From NCBI GenBank assembly GCA_043228905.1, contig JBHGNT010000002.1, positions 6,820,001-6,884,000 on the forward strand: 64,000 nucleotides of DNA. The letters are read 5' to 3'. A model generated the notes under the pieces. It saw nothing but the letters and a program-made list of their open reading frames with translations, searched no databases and was not told the origin of the DNA. A program made the translations under genes and the position numbers. Of the stretch, positions 51,330-64,000 are shown one piece after another. This DNA comes from Azolla caroliniana (taxonomy: Eukaryota; Plantae; Polypodiophyta). Position 1 is the first letter of the stretch. Every line of letters starts with the position of its first letter.

Positions 51330-52900
51330 ATGGTCACTCGCGGACAATTAAAAAGATAAATATCAATCTCCTTCACCATCTTGACTCCATTGCTTGAAGG
51401 TGCTAGTTTTTATCTTCACAATAAGACATTGCTGTCACTTGGGATGCTAAAAATCATTTTTGTATTCACTTCTTTACCAACGTCTTCAATCATCCTTATA
51501 TTGGTTCAAGGAAGCAACAAGAGAACACTACACATATGGGTACACAAGAAATAGAGTGGATCATCGAGAAGATGAAAGGTCGATATTAAGTTACTTCAAA
51601 AAAGGACAAGGTCGAGCATTATCCTCGAGGGAAAAGAAGATTTGAGTATTTTAGGACACATTCTTTGTGAATGTGTATTTGGAGCATGTCAATATCATCA
51701 TGTTGCGAAACATTGTGCTAAGTTAGATAATGAGAGGAATGAGATGTTGAAGGCATAGTAATGCCACACGATGTATGTACCGAGATGTGTAAGGTGGATG
51801 TGATGTCAAAAACCCCATGAATTCTATTAACCTACAAGACACTTTGTTTTACATGAAACCATACTTGCATGATGTTGTGAGTGGATCCAATGTAGGCCCA
51901 TTAACTCACTCATGCCATAGGACATGTTTTTATACCATGGTGTTAGTCTAAGATAGAAAACTAGCATTAAATTGGAATAATATAGGGCTGAGGTACCCAT
52001 ATTGTTTTCATATTGTTTTTCTGGCTTGGGAGTCAAGGCGCATGTTTGAGAGTATGGATCTTATCGGAAGGTGCAAGGAAATTTCCAAGGAAGCAACAAG
52101 AGAACACTACACATATGGGTACACAAGAAATAGAGTGGATCATCGAGAAGATGAAAGGTCGATATTAAGTTACTTCAAAAAAGGACAAGGTCGAGCATTA
52201 TCCTCGAGGGAAAAGAAGATTTGAGTATTTTAGGACACATTCTTTGTGAATGTGTATTTGGAGCATGTCAATATCATCATGTTGCGAAACATTGTGCTAA
52301 GTTAGATAATGAGAGGAATGAGATGTTGAAGGCATAGTAATGCCACACGATGTATGTACCGAGATGTGTAAGGTGGATGTGATGTCAAAAACCCCATGAA
52401 TTCTATTAACCTACAAGACACTTTGTTTTACATGAAACCATACTTGCATGATGTTGTGAGTGGATCCAATGTAGGCCCATTAACTCACTCATGCCATAGG
52501 ACATGTTTTTATACCATGGTGTTAGTCTAAGATAGAAAACTAGCATTAAATTGGAATAATATAGGGCTGAGGTACCCATATTGTTTTCATATTGTTTTTC
52601 TGGCTTGGGAGTCAAGGCGCATGTTTGAGAGTATGGATCTTATCGGAAGGTGCAAGGAAATTTCCCAAAAATATCAAAGTATTGCTTCAATCTTGTGGAA
52701 TGGAACATGGGAGGACCTCGTGCCAACAACTAATGCAAGTCATCAATTTCATTGAGGTAGTGTTATTATAGATGCATATAAACTTGCCCTGGATTCAAGT
52801 GATTCAGGTATTGTCACATAAATGCTTGTACAAAGTTGTTGATAGATATATGTTGAGATTTTGCTTAGAAGATTGCTCCCAAAGTAGGGTAAGTGTGTCA
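51330..52900 (+). mobile_element. Highly degenerate gypsy-type integrase relic
   Basis: Remnants resembling the integrase zinc-binding region and the GP-like core start; many stops. Confidence 0.4.
51507..52664. repeat. 579-bp direct tandem duplication, apparently identical
   Basis: Units 51507-52085 and 52086-52664; ORFs 51827-52036 and 52406-52615 translate identically. Confidence 0.95.
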
Positions 52901-53424
52901 AATAATCTGAAGGATGTGTGACATGTGGACAATAATGTACTCTCTATCGATTCAAAGACCTCTCAAAATCCTTAGGAAAATTACAGTATACGTTCCAAGA
53001 CAACAATGATATATGTATGTATGCATGCATGCATGTATATATCTGATATGGAGTGCGTTTTGGTCTAGGATGGAGTTTGAGAGAGGGAGTAAGGTCCAAG
53101 AGATGTTTGGGTGAAAATAGATGGTTCTAGAGCTCCCATGGTCTTGCCCTTCACATGTATAGATGCATGAGGACACCTAAAGCAATATCAAGGGTTCCTA
53201 GTTTTTATTTTTGATGCCTAAACTCCTTGTATACATGTGTATTGTGATTGTACGTTGAAACTATTTGTATCCTTGCACTATGTCTCTTCTCTTCGGCTTC
53301 AAAAGGCTCCCTTCTTGTTGTTGTAGGATCTTAAATTTTTTGGTTGAAATCATAATATTGAATTGATCAGTTTCAATAAAAAGGATCCTTTGCATTCACA
53401 CATAATTTCATTTACAAGACAACA

Positions 53425-53880
53425 TTTTTTTTTTCCCCAAAATGAAGCTACTTTCCCATTAGTTAGGACGGATTATTACACAATGACTGTACAAGGAGGC
53501 TTATACACAAATTGAGGAATCTCCCTCCGATCAAGTTCAAGAAAATGAGACTGATTACATAGCGTTTCAGACTGACTACTTAATGTAAGTAGATACCTAT
53601 AGCTAAAAATGGTGCCCTTCAGTGATGGCTAGTACGAGCCAATTCCTGGGGCCTACCACGAAGGGAGGGGGGCAGGTGAGTCGGAAACAACCAGCATGGG
53701 GGCTGGTAGTTCCACCTCAGGCCACTTCCTCCTTGTGTCACCATAGGCGTGTTCCGCCATTTTTGCCAAAAGCGCAAACGGGCAGTGACCACGTCGTTGG
53801 AATGGTTGCAAACCTCGTCCAATTGTCCTCATAGGCAGGTGGTAAGCGCAAACCATATGTCCATGATCACTTCCTCCGGG
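53425..53880 (-). mobile_element. Short 3' fragment of an L1-clade LINE
   Basis: ARLRFWQKWRNTPM..LRWNYQPPCWLFP aligns to the ORF2 C-terminus at 39580-39750; T10 tail at 53425-53434. Confidence 0.85.
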
Positions 53881-56384
53881 GGCTGTACCAGATCTTGAAA
53901 GACCTTTAGGCAACGTTCTCCTTCTATTCTCACAAATTTTCCTTCTGAGGCTCACAAATGAAGCATTGATATTGTCCTCATGAATACTATGACAAGGTGA
54001 AAAAGAGAGTGGACCTCTTCTCATTTTATTCCTTTTGCCTACAATATACGTAAAGATGCCATGCGATTACTAAATTACTAGCAAAGAGGTTTTGTTTATC
54101 CTTAGTACAAAAGGTAGACTATATGTTGTAGGAAATACTAGTTATGATAAATAATCATGTCATGTGAACTTTAGATTTTCTACGTGTACCCTCTCTGTAA
54201 GGGTTGTACCCTCTATGTCAATATGTTTTAAAGATGCTTTTGATTGTGTACGATACACTTAAATAGAGAACCAATAATTGATCAAATAATGATTCTAGGA
54301 ATGCCATGAATCGATTTTTCGTTGCATTTGGACAATGCCAAGGGGGTTGTATACACATTATGTAAGAATATGCATGTGTCAACTTTCAAGCATGTAAACC
54401 ACAAGGCTCTCCATATTTTTATGGTGTACCCTATTAAGGGTTCAATACACTAAGAAATCTAGTTGATATATTTAAAGGATGATTTATTGATTGGCTATAC
54501 GACACTCTTAAAAGGACAATATGTACATGCAACAATCAATCCTTTGATATTTACATCCAAAAGATTCGGAGATCCTACCCTTTTTTTAAATCATCGAGCC
54601 ACTTATTTTTTCACTCAATCAATTTTCCATATTCGTGAAAAGTCACTTTGTATCTAGAAATGTGACCCTTAAAATGTCTATAACGTTTACTACTACATCC
54701 TAGCAAAGGGGTGCATAATGATTTGATGTGTTTAAGGGCAATTCTGATCTTTAATTAGACTTGTAATATGACCCCCCCGGCCCATATGATGCCCCTTATG
54801 TGTGTAGACAAGCTTAAGGATTATAGTTGTCAAATAATAACATTCAATCATATTTGTATGCCACCATTAGTAACAAGATGTTAGTATTATTAACTTACCA
54901 TGCATGTGTCTAAGGATAACCTAAATTTCCAAAACATTTCAATGTATTTGGACACATAGAATTCACATTCAACATTAATTTTTAACTATGATACGAGTAA
55001 CATTTATATTCAAATCCATATCTTTTGCATTCTAGGCTTTTGTTGTGGCAAATAATATGGCATCGTTTATAGCTCCATAATCTCTCTATTCATTGTATCA
55101 ACGAGTATCAATATATGTATATAGAGTTTGTTTAAAGTTCGAAGTCCATTTCTACTATTCAAGCATGTCATTACGTAAAATTTGAGGGTTTTTTCCCAAT
55201 TGAGATGGTCCATGCCAAGTTACACTACTCTCCCAACATCTCTCGATTGAAGGGAAGATAAAACAATGAGAAGGGGGGAGAACATAGTCAAGACCAAAGA
55301 GATGGCGACGAACATTAGGTCAATGGTGTGGGTCAAGCAAGCACTTTTGGTGCATGGGATTTAAAGGCATTGAGTTGATCCTATCATGGTTGTATATTTT
55401 CAATGTTTTGAGAAAGAGAATTACAAAATACTTAACGAAAGATAGACTATTGTGCTTTAAGTATATATTTGCAACTCGATGAATCCTATAATTTATATTT
55501 GAAATCTATTTGTGATATATCACTGGCTTGATTATGATGAATCTTGAATACAAACTTATCTTGCAACAAAGTCAACACAATCTAATTCCATTTCTTGTCG
55601 AATTACAAATGATAAACTATCCCTAAACTAAATTGGACACCCACAAACATGCATTATTTTGTTGGAGAATATTCTTTAAACCTTGCATAAATTTTGTTTT
55701 TTCTCTTTACAAAAGTCAATGCATTGCTTACTACCATTTTCACCAATCAAATAGGTTCATCAAATTTTTATTTTGGAAAATGGGAAGGTTCTTCAAATAA
55801 CTTTAATGAAGGTAAATTTATCTTGCCCATAGTGAAGGTTCATCGTTATGATCATTACATGCAAAAAAGCATGACATATATCTACATATACCGATTGAGT
55901 TACTAATAACATTTCTTGAGAAAATTATACGGAAGTTGATATTGCATATGTAATGCAAACTAAATTTAAATAATTACTTTTCTTTTTCTTTTTACAAAAG
56001 TGAGACAAGAATTATGGCACATCAAACATTCTGAAGAAATAATAGTAATTGTGGGACCAAGATCTCATGCAGTAGATGTCCTAAACCTTGGATGGTTGAA
56101 ATAGGGTAGAGGAAATAGAATGGATTATATGTGGATGATTGAAAGGCATATTGGGAAAGTGCAATGAAAAAGTTTGCTAAATAATTGGGTACTCGTGCAT
56201 ATAAAGATGCATGTAACGGAGGTAGCAACACAAGGAGTACAAGCAATTGGAAGCTAGCTTACCATATAACTAACAAGCTAACTAACTGTATTGTTCCTTT
56301 TTTCTTTATCTTTGGCTGTATACAAACACTTATTTTAGTAGACATTCTCTCTGTCTCTCTCATTTAGTTGAAGAATCCAACTCA

Positions 56385-58227
56385 ATGACTATAGATAGCA
56401 TGGTAAGATCCAAACACTTTAGTAGCATGTAAGTTAATTATATGAAATGGTCATATATGACCATAGGTAACATGGTAAGCCCAAGATTTCTTTTGCTCTT
56501 CGGCACATGAAGGTCAATGAAGTTATTGTTTAATGTTATAACATATATCAAGTCTAATGTAAGCATGAGTTACAAGCTTATTATCAGTGGTCGATGTAAC
56601 CTAAGCAACTGAATAACAAAAAATGTGGATTTAGTTGATTAATGTACCATTTGCTAAACTCTTTATTCTGTTTGTTGGGCCTGTTTGCATTAAACAATGC
56701 TCCAAAAAGAGCCAATCATGTCTTATATTCTTACATGGACATGTGTGTGTGGATGTGTATGGGTTTGTTGTGAAATATGTATGATCCCTTGCAATGTATA
56801 AATTCTAACATGTAAAGAGTAATCTTGACAACCAACAATATCTCATGCTTAAAGTTGTTGGTGACTTAGGCAATGTATGTACGAGTAAAGAGGAAGAAGA
56901 TCACCTACTTCGTGAATTGTAACCCCACAGATACTACCTTACAATTAAAGGCTATGCTACAAAACCTCACTAATAACCCAATAAAAGATCAACGCTTGAT
57001 TCTATTGGACTCTTATCACATCCTTGATGATGCGAAGACACTTTTGCAACAACATGTGAGTTTTACATAAGTAATGAGTGTTTGGATATATTATTGATTT
57101 GAACTGAAATTGCTCTACTGGATTAACTCGATAAAATCTCTATAATGTAGGTGCAAAACAATGACGTCATAGCAATGACGTTACGGACAAGTAAGTTGTT
57201 AAAGGGGGTCATCTTCTCTACCTTGTAGTTTAATAATAACTATATACATCCTATTGCATGACACTTCTAAAACCTCTCCCTCTCTCCCTCAACCCTTCAA
57301 CCATCCTCAATTTGATACTCTCTAACACCGGTGATGTGTTGCATTAGAATTAGAATTAGAATTTTATCGTCCATAAAGAGGCCAATTTTGACCTATGGGA
57401 CCAGAGTATACCTGTGTTCTTGATATGCGTCTCTTTCCTAAGAAGGGTTATTCATACATTGAAGCACAAAGTCTCTATGTGTGAATAAGCATACACATAT
57501 GAGCTCAACCTTCTCGGTGGTGTCTTAAGTATGGCACTTAAGTTATCACTCCCTCTTAGTACGTCGGCATATCTTGAATGAATTGCACTATATGTCGAGC
57601 ATGTGAAGAGCAAGTGACATTCATCCTCTACCATGCCTTCATTGCATACTTTGCATGTCTTCAAATTAGTTACATTTTGATACCATGATGCAACTTCAAT
57701 ACCTAACTTGTGAGATCGAGTGCAAAGTAGTTTAAGGGCTCTACAAGCATTACTACTCATAATGGTAATGAGATAAGGTTGGATACAATCAATAGGCATT
57801 CTTGCTTTATTGAGACCAACATTCAAGGTTGGCATTTGCAATGTAGTATTCTAGCTTTGTCCTCTTAGCATCTTCCCACTTCATCCTTAATGATTCAACC
57901 AACCTTTCCTCAATCATTACATATTGCATAACATTGCTTGAAAGCTCTAAACAATCATCCAAACCCCATCTTCTAAACCATTTCCTTATGTCAACAACCC
58001 AACTAGATTCTTTAGAGTGGCTTGTGTGCGTACATGTGTGAATGTATGAAAGCACGTATGTATATTGGAATCTAAAGAACATCTTGTGTGTATATATGTA
58101 TGTATTTATGTGGGGCGATGTATAGAAACATGTTGTATTGGTGTTTCTTATTTGTTGAAATTGTTCGGTCATTGATGTAGGCAATGGAGAATGGGAAGAT
58201 ATTGAAATCGAGAAGATCAAATGTTAG
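56385..58227 (+). CDS. Small ubiquitin-like (Elongin-B-like) protein, ~96 aa
   Basis: Exons 56870-57055, 57151-57190, 58181-58227 give AMYVRVKRKKITYFVNCNPTDT..DQRLIL..VQNNDVIAMTLRTSNGEWEDIEI. The first exon is uncertain: 56385-56402 (MTIDSM|GTAAG) or an ATG|GTAAG at 56472-56474. Confidence 0.8.
57343..58020 (-). mobile_element. 5'-truncated CR1/L2/RTE-like LINE, antisense in intron 3 of the ubiquitin-like gene
   Basis: TRSHKLGIEVASW..CKVCNEGMVEDECHLLFTC zinc-knuckle region, 3' stem-loop at 57380-57393, (ATTCTA)3 tail. Confidence 0.82.
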
Positions 58228-58594
58228 CATGTAGATGGAGTGAAGTTAGATAAAGTATATGAAGATCTCTATTTATTTAAATATGAAGCAACATATTTGG
58301 TGTGACTATCGTATTGTTAGATGTATGGTCATTCACTTGAGTAACACTTACGATTGAAAACAACTAAATCATGTACATAAGTTGAAAATCCTATTCGAGA
58401 TCCATAGTTGTAACCTTTAAATTTCATCCAAGAATTTCTTGGTAAAATGGAATATCTTTGAAAAATGACTTAGATATATGTCATACATTCAACCATATTC
58501 TTGTATCATGTTCACATACTTTTGTTTTTACGCTTTATGATATTCAAACATGAGGGCTAAAGACATGGACTTAATTTGTCGAATTCCATTGTTA

Positions 58595-58940
58595 TTTTTT
58601 TTCGAAGAAAGGGTGCTTCCCATTAGTTAGGTAAAGTGTCTTTACACCAGTAATGTAATCATAAACACTCAACAATTCTATCTACCACATTACACTATCT
58701 GGCACACTTCTCTCTATTTATCATTGAGCTCCTCTAAAACTGATACTAATCATCAACAACCAAAAGATATTGTAATCTTTATGTATTCTAACACCACCAG
58801 TTTTCAGAAAAATACCATGTACCTTCTTGCTTGGGCCGTCAGGGCGGATATAGTCATTTAGTCATGGTCTAACACCACTTCAGTACGCCGTTTATATAGT
58901 CCACCAAGGATAATATGTACTTGTGGATTAAAGTCATGCT
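58595..58940 (-). mobile_element. Third, degenerate L1-clade 3' fragment
   Basis: T8 tail, shared CCATTAGTTA motif, and remnant GVLKW..LYPP* matching the ORF2 end. Confidence 0.6.
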
Positions 58941-59349
58941 CACTTTTGGTGCATATTATGTGCATAACCATAACTAATCATGAGGTAGGTTTTTTGTAAT
59001 TTTCCCTAATCTTATGATCAATATATACATATTAGTTCCGAAAGGAACAAAGGAATGAATTTTAATATTCAATTCTATGTTGTGAGGTAGCAATTAAATG
59101 TGTTATCACTTGACCACTTCACACACGCCTCATTGTCCAAGTATTATTGTGTGTTTGTATCATTAGGATAAATATATGGCTCCTCCCAATATTTATACAT
59201 GTATGGAGTGTTTTTTCACTATATATGTGTGCGTGTGTATTGAGTCATTTTTTTTGAGGTTTGCGTTTTTTCAAGATATGGCTTGTGATGTTTTCAATAA
59301 GATATCCACCTTTATAGATGTATTGGTGTGCTTTTTAAAAATTGGATAC

Positions 59350-59380
<31 letters not shown>

Positions 59381-59474
59381 GCTCAACTAGTGCTTTTTCC
59401 CAGTTAGATATGATATACATAAATATCATTCCTTCTATATATATATATATATCCCTAGCTAAAGCCATAATAGT

Positions 59475-59896
59475 TGTCAGAACAAAGTAAAAGATAGAGT
59501 GATGGAAGAAGGACATATAGACAACAAAAGAAGAAAAAAACAAAATGATAAGAGAAGAATGGGTGTATTAAGATAGGATGAGCACAAGATGAACTAGACA
59601 CAAGATAGACGATGAGAGCTTAAGACTCGTGTTGATTTGAAAAGACCTGTATAACTCTATTGATAGGTTCCTATAGAATAACCTAGATATTTTTGTAAAG
59701 ATATTTTTGTAATGTTCTAAGATGTTCTAGGATATTGTAGAATGTTCTAGAGTGTTCCAGAGTTCTTACAATAATCAATCTATGATGAAAGGTAGCTTTT
59801 ATCATCTTATATGACAATATGTTATCTTAATGGTTGGGTTTTTGATAATGTATTACAAGGTCCTGGGTTCAAGTCTGGGTGAAGCCATGATGTTCA
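59475..59896 (-). mobile_element. Gypsy-type LTR related to 33665-34054, carrying a tRNA-like module and interrupted by a copia
   Basis: TGTCAGAACAAAGTAAAAGATAGAG resembles the rc end of the 34054 LTR. A/B-box-like TATCTTAATGG...GGTTCAAGTC at ~59823-59875. Confidence 0.55.
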
Positions 59897-60917
59897 TGTT
59901 AGAATATGTGGCCGACCACAACCGGTCAACATGTGCAAATGAGAGACGCTGAGATCTAGACAACAATACACAAGAAAATGAAGTACAGAGACACAGATCT
60001 TTTAATGTGGAAAACCCTGAAAAGGGAAAAACCACGGGAGTTCACAAACTATAGTAGGAAGAATATACAAGAAACTCCAAGGCAACAACCTTGACTTCTT
60101 CTTCATTCACAAACGACTGCAAGAGTTACAACTCTCTCTCTCTCTCTCTCTCCCTACACACTAGTTACACTTTCTCACTAGTTACCGCAATTGCTTCATA
60201 CACATAATAATGATTTGCCCTAGATGTATTTATACTAATATATACTGTGGGCTATTTACAAAGATGGCCTATCTTAGGCGCACCAAGACATATTTACAAA
60301 TATGTCCCCTTCCGGATACCTCTTCGGAACTGACCAGATGCCTTCCGGCTAGTCTAGCTCCAGATCTGGTCTCTTGTCTGGATCCTCATCCGGTTCTCTC
60401 CTTCGGACCCAACCGATCTGGTTCTCCCTTTCCATCTAGATCTCGTTTTTTGGACTTCAATATGGCTTGTGCTCATCCCATCCGGAGGGACTTGTTTCCT
60501 AACAAACTCCCCCTTCACTCCAGTATGGGGTACTTCGTCAATCCAATTTGTTGCCCGCATTCATTCAGTTTCTCTACTGACAAAACCTTCGTCAACATAT
60601 CTGATTTGTTTTCGTCTGTGGATCTTCACTATAGGAAAATCCTTTTCTTCTATCCTCTCCCTAAGCCAATGATAACTCCTTTGGATATGCTTAGTCCTGG
60701 AGTGGTAGGAAACATTCTGTGCAAGGTGGATGACACTTTGGTTGTCGCAGTGGAGTCATAATTCCTCTTGTTGAATCCCCAACTTATCAATGAAGTCCTT
60801 CATCCAAACTATCTCCTTGCTGGCTTCTACAACAGCCATGTACTTTGTTTTTGTGGTCGACAACACCACAACCTTCTGCAAACCTCAATTGCCACAAGAC
60901 GGCTCCCCATGCATATG
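59897..60917 (-). mobile_element. Copia family A 3' end (3' LTR, PPT, RNase H relic)
   Basis: LTR 59897-60504 TGTTAG...CTAACA; PPT rc AACTCCCCCTTC from 60505; degenerate RNase H up to ~60915. Confidence 0.88.
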
Positions 60918-61178
60918 CGTTAAGAAAAAGACAAGAACTCGGTCACAACCAAGTCGAATGCAAAATGGAGAATCAAGCAGAATAGAAAGTGAAACAAAAC
61001 AAAATAGAGGTGCACAAGGTATATCGTGGAAAACCCCAAATAGGTTAAAAACAATGAGTGCCCACAGACACCAAACAAATCACTATAGGAAAGATATACA
61101 ACGACACAAACACACAAGCACCAACCTGAGTTCGTTGTCTTTGCTATCTGGCGGTTACAACAGAAACTTACTTTCTGT

Positions 61179-61215
<37 letters not shown>

Positions 61216-64000
61216 ATACAACAACAACATTCAACTAGAATAATCACAACACAATACATCTAGTTTCCCTAGTTATATTTATACTCATATACCTTTTCGA
61301 GATATTTACAAGTATGGCCTCAATGGCACACATAGGAACATATTTACCAATATGTCCCTTCTCATGGTTCACATCGGATCCGGCTGGATGCCTTATGGAT
61401 TCATCCGATCCTTCTTCTTCCTTCGACTCGTCCTCTCTGGCTCCACCGGTTCCCATCCGGAGGGACCGCTATCTCAACAATCTCCCCCTTCACTTTGGTA
61501 TGGGGTCTTCATTAGTCTGATCCGTCTCCGACACGCGTCCAACTTGTTAGCTGACAACACCTTGGTTAGCATGTTCGACCCATTCTCCTCCATGTGAATC
61601 TTCATTAGAGTGAAGTCTTTGTCTTCTACTTTTTGTCAATGCCAATGGTATTTGCATTGGAATGTGCTTCATCCTAGAGTGTTAGGCTGTGTTTTTAGCA
61701 AGATGGATGGCGTTTTGACTGTCGTAGTAGAGCTGGTATTCCTCTTGTCGGATCCCCTGCTCTCCGATGTAGTCCCTCATCCATATTACTTCCTTGGCGG
61801 CTTCCACGACTGCCATGTATTCCACTTCTGTTGTCGATAGTGCAACAGACTTCTACAACCTCAACCGCCACGATACGGCTCCCCATGATATGTCATGACG
61901 TATCCGGATGTAGACCGGCTGGTATCTGCATCAGCCGACATGTCTGAGTTGGTGAATCCTTCAAGTTGGGGTTTACTTGAGCCGAATCAGAGGCTCAAGC
62001 TTGAGGTGTCTTTTAGGTACTAGAGTATCCACTTGACAGCTTCCTAGTGGTCCTTTCTCGAATTTCTCATGAACCTGCTGACCACTCCGACTGCATATCC
62101 GATGTTTGCTCGTGAGCCATCGTGTACATGAGACTTCCGATTGTAGAGGCATACAATATCTTCATCACTTTTGGCTTCTCTTCCTTTGTCTTCGGGCTCT
62201 GCTTTTCAGACATCTTGTAATTTTCCGGAAGTGTGGACCTGACCGACTTAGCATTTGACATGTTGAACCTTTGAAGCACCTTCGTCACGTACTTGTCATG
62301 TGACAACCACAACTGTTTCTTCGTCCAGTCCTGGATTATGTGCATCCCCAAAATCTGTTTCGCCGGACCCATATCTTTCATTACGAATGGTCGGCTCAAG
62401 GCCTTCTTCAGCATCCTGATTTTGATACGGTTCGATCCAACGATCAACATGTCTTCCATGTACAACAACAGTACCAGGAAGTCTCCTCCGTCGAACTTCT
62501 TCACGAATATGCCGTGATCGGCCTGTGTCTTGTGATATCCCTGATCAGTCATGAAGGAGTCAAACTTCCGGTACCATTGCCGAGGGTCTTGCTTTAGTCC
62601 ATACAAGCTCTTTCTTAACAGGCACACAAGGTTCTCCTTCCCTTTCTGGACGAATCCCTCTGGCTGCTACATGTAGATCTCCTCCTCGAGGTCACTGTGC
62701 AGAAACGCCGTCATGACATCTAGTTGCTCTACCCCGAGGTCCATGCTCGCTGCTATGCTCATCATTGTCCGGATTGATGTCATCTTGACTACTGGGGCAA
62801 ATATCTCGTCAAAACCCACTCCTTTTTTTTTGCTGGAAACCACCCTTCACCATGATCCAGGCCTTGTATCTTAGTGGATTTCCAACATCTCTCGGTTTTA
62901 ACTTGTACGCCCATTTGTTCTGGAGCACTCTCTTTCCTTTCGGCAACTCCGTCAGTTCATATATATGGTTCTCATGCAGGGAATCCATTTCGTCCTACAT
63001 GGCACTCAACCACTTATGGCTGTGGGTATCCCTCATTGTTTCTTCAAAGCTTTCCGGCTCCCCCTCATCGGTCAACAAAATACGTTCTTCTTTCGGGAAT
63101 CCACGGGGGGCTCTTCTTCACCTTAAAGGGTATCTCTGTCCTTGGTTTCCGACCACTAGTTCCACCGTCTGTTCTTCATCCGAATCCGATTCGGGGTCTT
63201 GTCCAGTTCCGGTGTCCGATTCTTCTTCTTTGGTCGGTTCGGTTTCTTGTCCTACTATGCCGGTTCATGGAGTGTCATCCGGTTTCCGGCCTGATGGGTC
63301 CTTGTATGTTTCGATCGATCTCTGTCAGTCATCCCGGAGTCCGTTGTCTTCTTCTTCGACTCCCAGTCGGTAATGGTCATGTCTTGCATGAATACTATGT
63401 CTCGACCACGGAAAACCTTCTTGTTGACCAAGTCCCACATTCGGTAGCCAAACTCATCATTGCCGTATGTAAGGAATATGCATTAGCGCCTCAACCCAAA
63501 ACTTCTTGGGCAACTTAGCGTGTGCAAGCATGCTCTTGACTCTCTCCATTACTGTTTGGTCCATCCTTTCGGCCAATCCATTCAACTCTGGCCTCGATAT
63601 TCGCCTCCGTTGTCTGCTCGAACTACTTTCAGCTTCTCGACTGTTTCTCTTTCCACTCTCATGTGGAACTCCTTGAAGACGGTCAATACCTGATCCTTCG
63701 TCTTCAGCGTTGAGACCCACAACTTCCAGCTGTGGTCATCTATAAACGGCATGAAGTACTGCGACCCGGCATGAGACTTCGTGTCCACTTGTAATACATT
63801 GGTATGCACGATCTCCAACGGTTCTTTCCGTCTTGTTAATGGTGATGTGGCACAACCTCTTGTGCCACAGCTCACCGGCAATGTGTGCTGCCACATTTGC
63901 TTCCTCCCGACAAATTCAGACATGCATTAGGTACAATGTGTTGATCTTCCGGGCTTGTGCCACGATCAGGCTCCCTTTGCTGAACTTCATGACTCCGTTC
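60918..64000 (-). mobile_element. Copia family A element nested in the previous copy: 3' LTR, PPT, degenerate IN-RT-RH; runs off the window end
   Basis: LTR ~60918-61479; PPT rc from 61480. ORF pieces 62067-62627 (KSLYGLKQ) and 63582-63923 (VDTKSHAGSQYF..DNGGEY) are homologous to 8-2559. Confidence 0.92.

Overview
Land-plant nuclear DNA, probably from a non-seed plant such as a fern (inference from a Tcn1-like chromovirus and the transposon spectrum). Three spliced host genes can be rebuilt exon by exon with consistent phases. NRDE2 lies on the minus strand (12 exons, 1161 aa, one GC-AG intron, a ~11 kb TE-filled intron 7). Pyruvate dehydrogenase kinase lies on the plus strand (6 coding exons, 370 aa). 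A small ubiquitin-like/Elongin-B-like gene is also on the plus strand (~96 aa). The rest is mostly nested, degenerate transposons: at least three Ty1/copia families, a chromodomain Ty3/gypsy fragment, other gypsy relics, an L1-clade LINE with two short 3' copies, a second LINE type with stem-loop/microsatellite 3' ends, MITE-like elements, tandem duplications and microsatellites. The most unusual signals are a tRNA-like A-box/B-box module at the same antisense position in two diverged gypsy-type LTRs, a conserved 3' stem-loop LINE family including a 25-bp insertion with an 11-bp TSD, a 59-bp-arm hairpin in the NRDE2 intron, and a GC-rich structured island upstream of NRDE2. All family assignments come from motif recognition; no database search was run.
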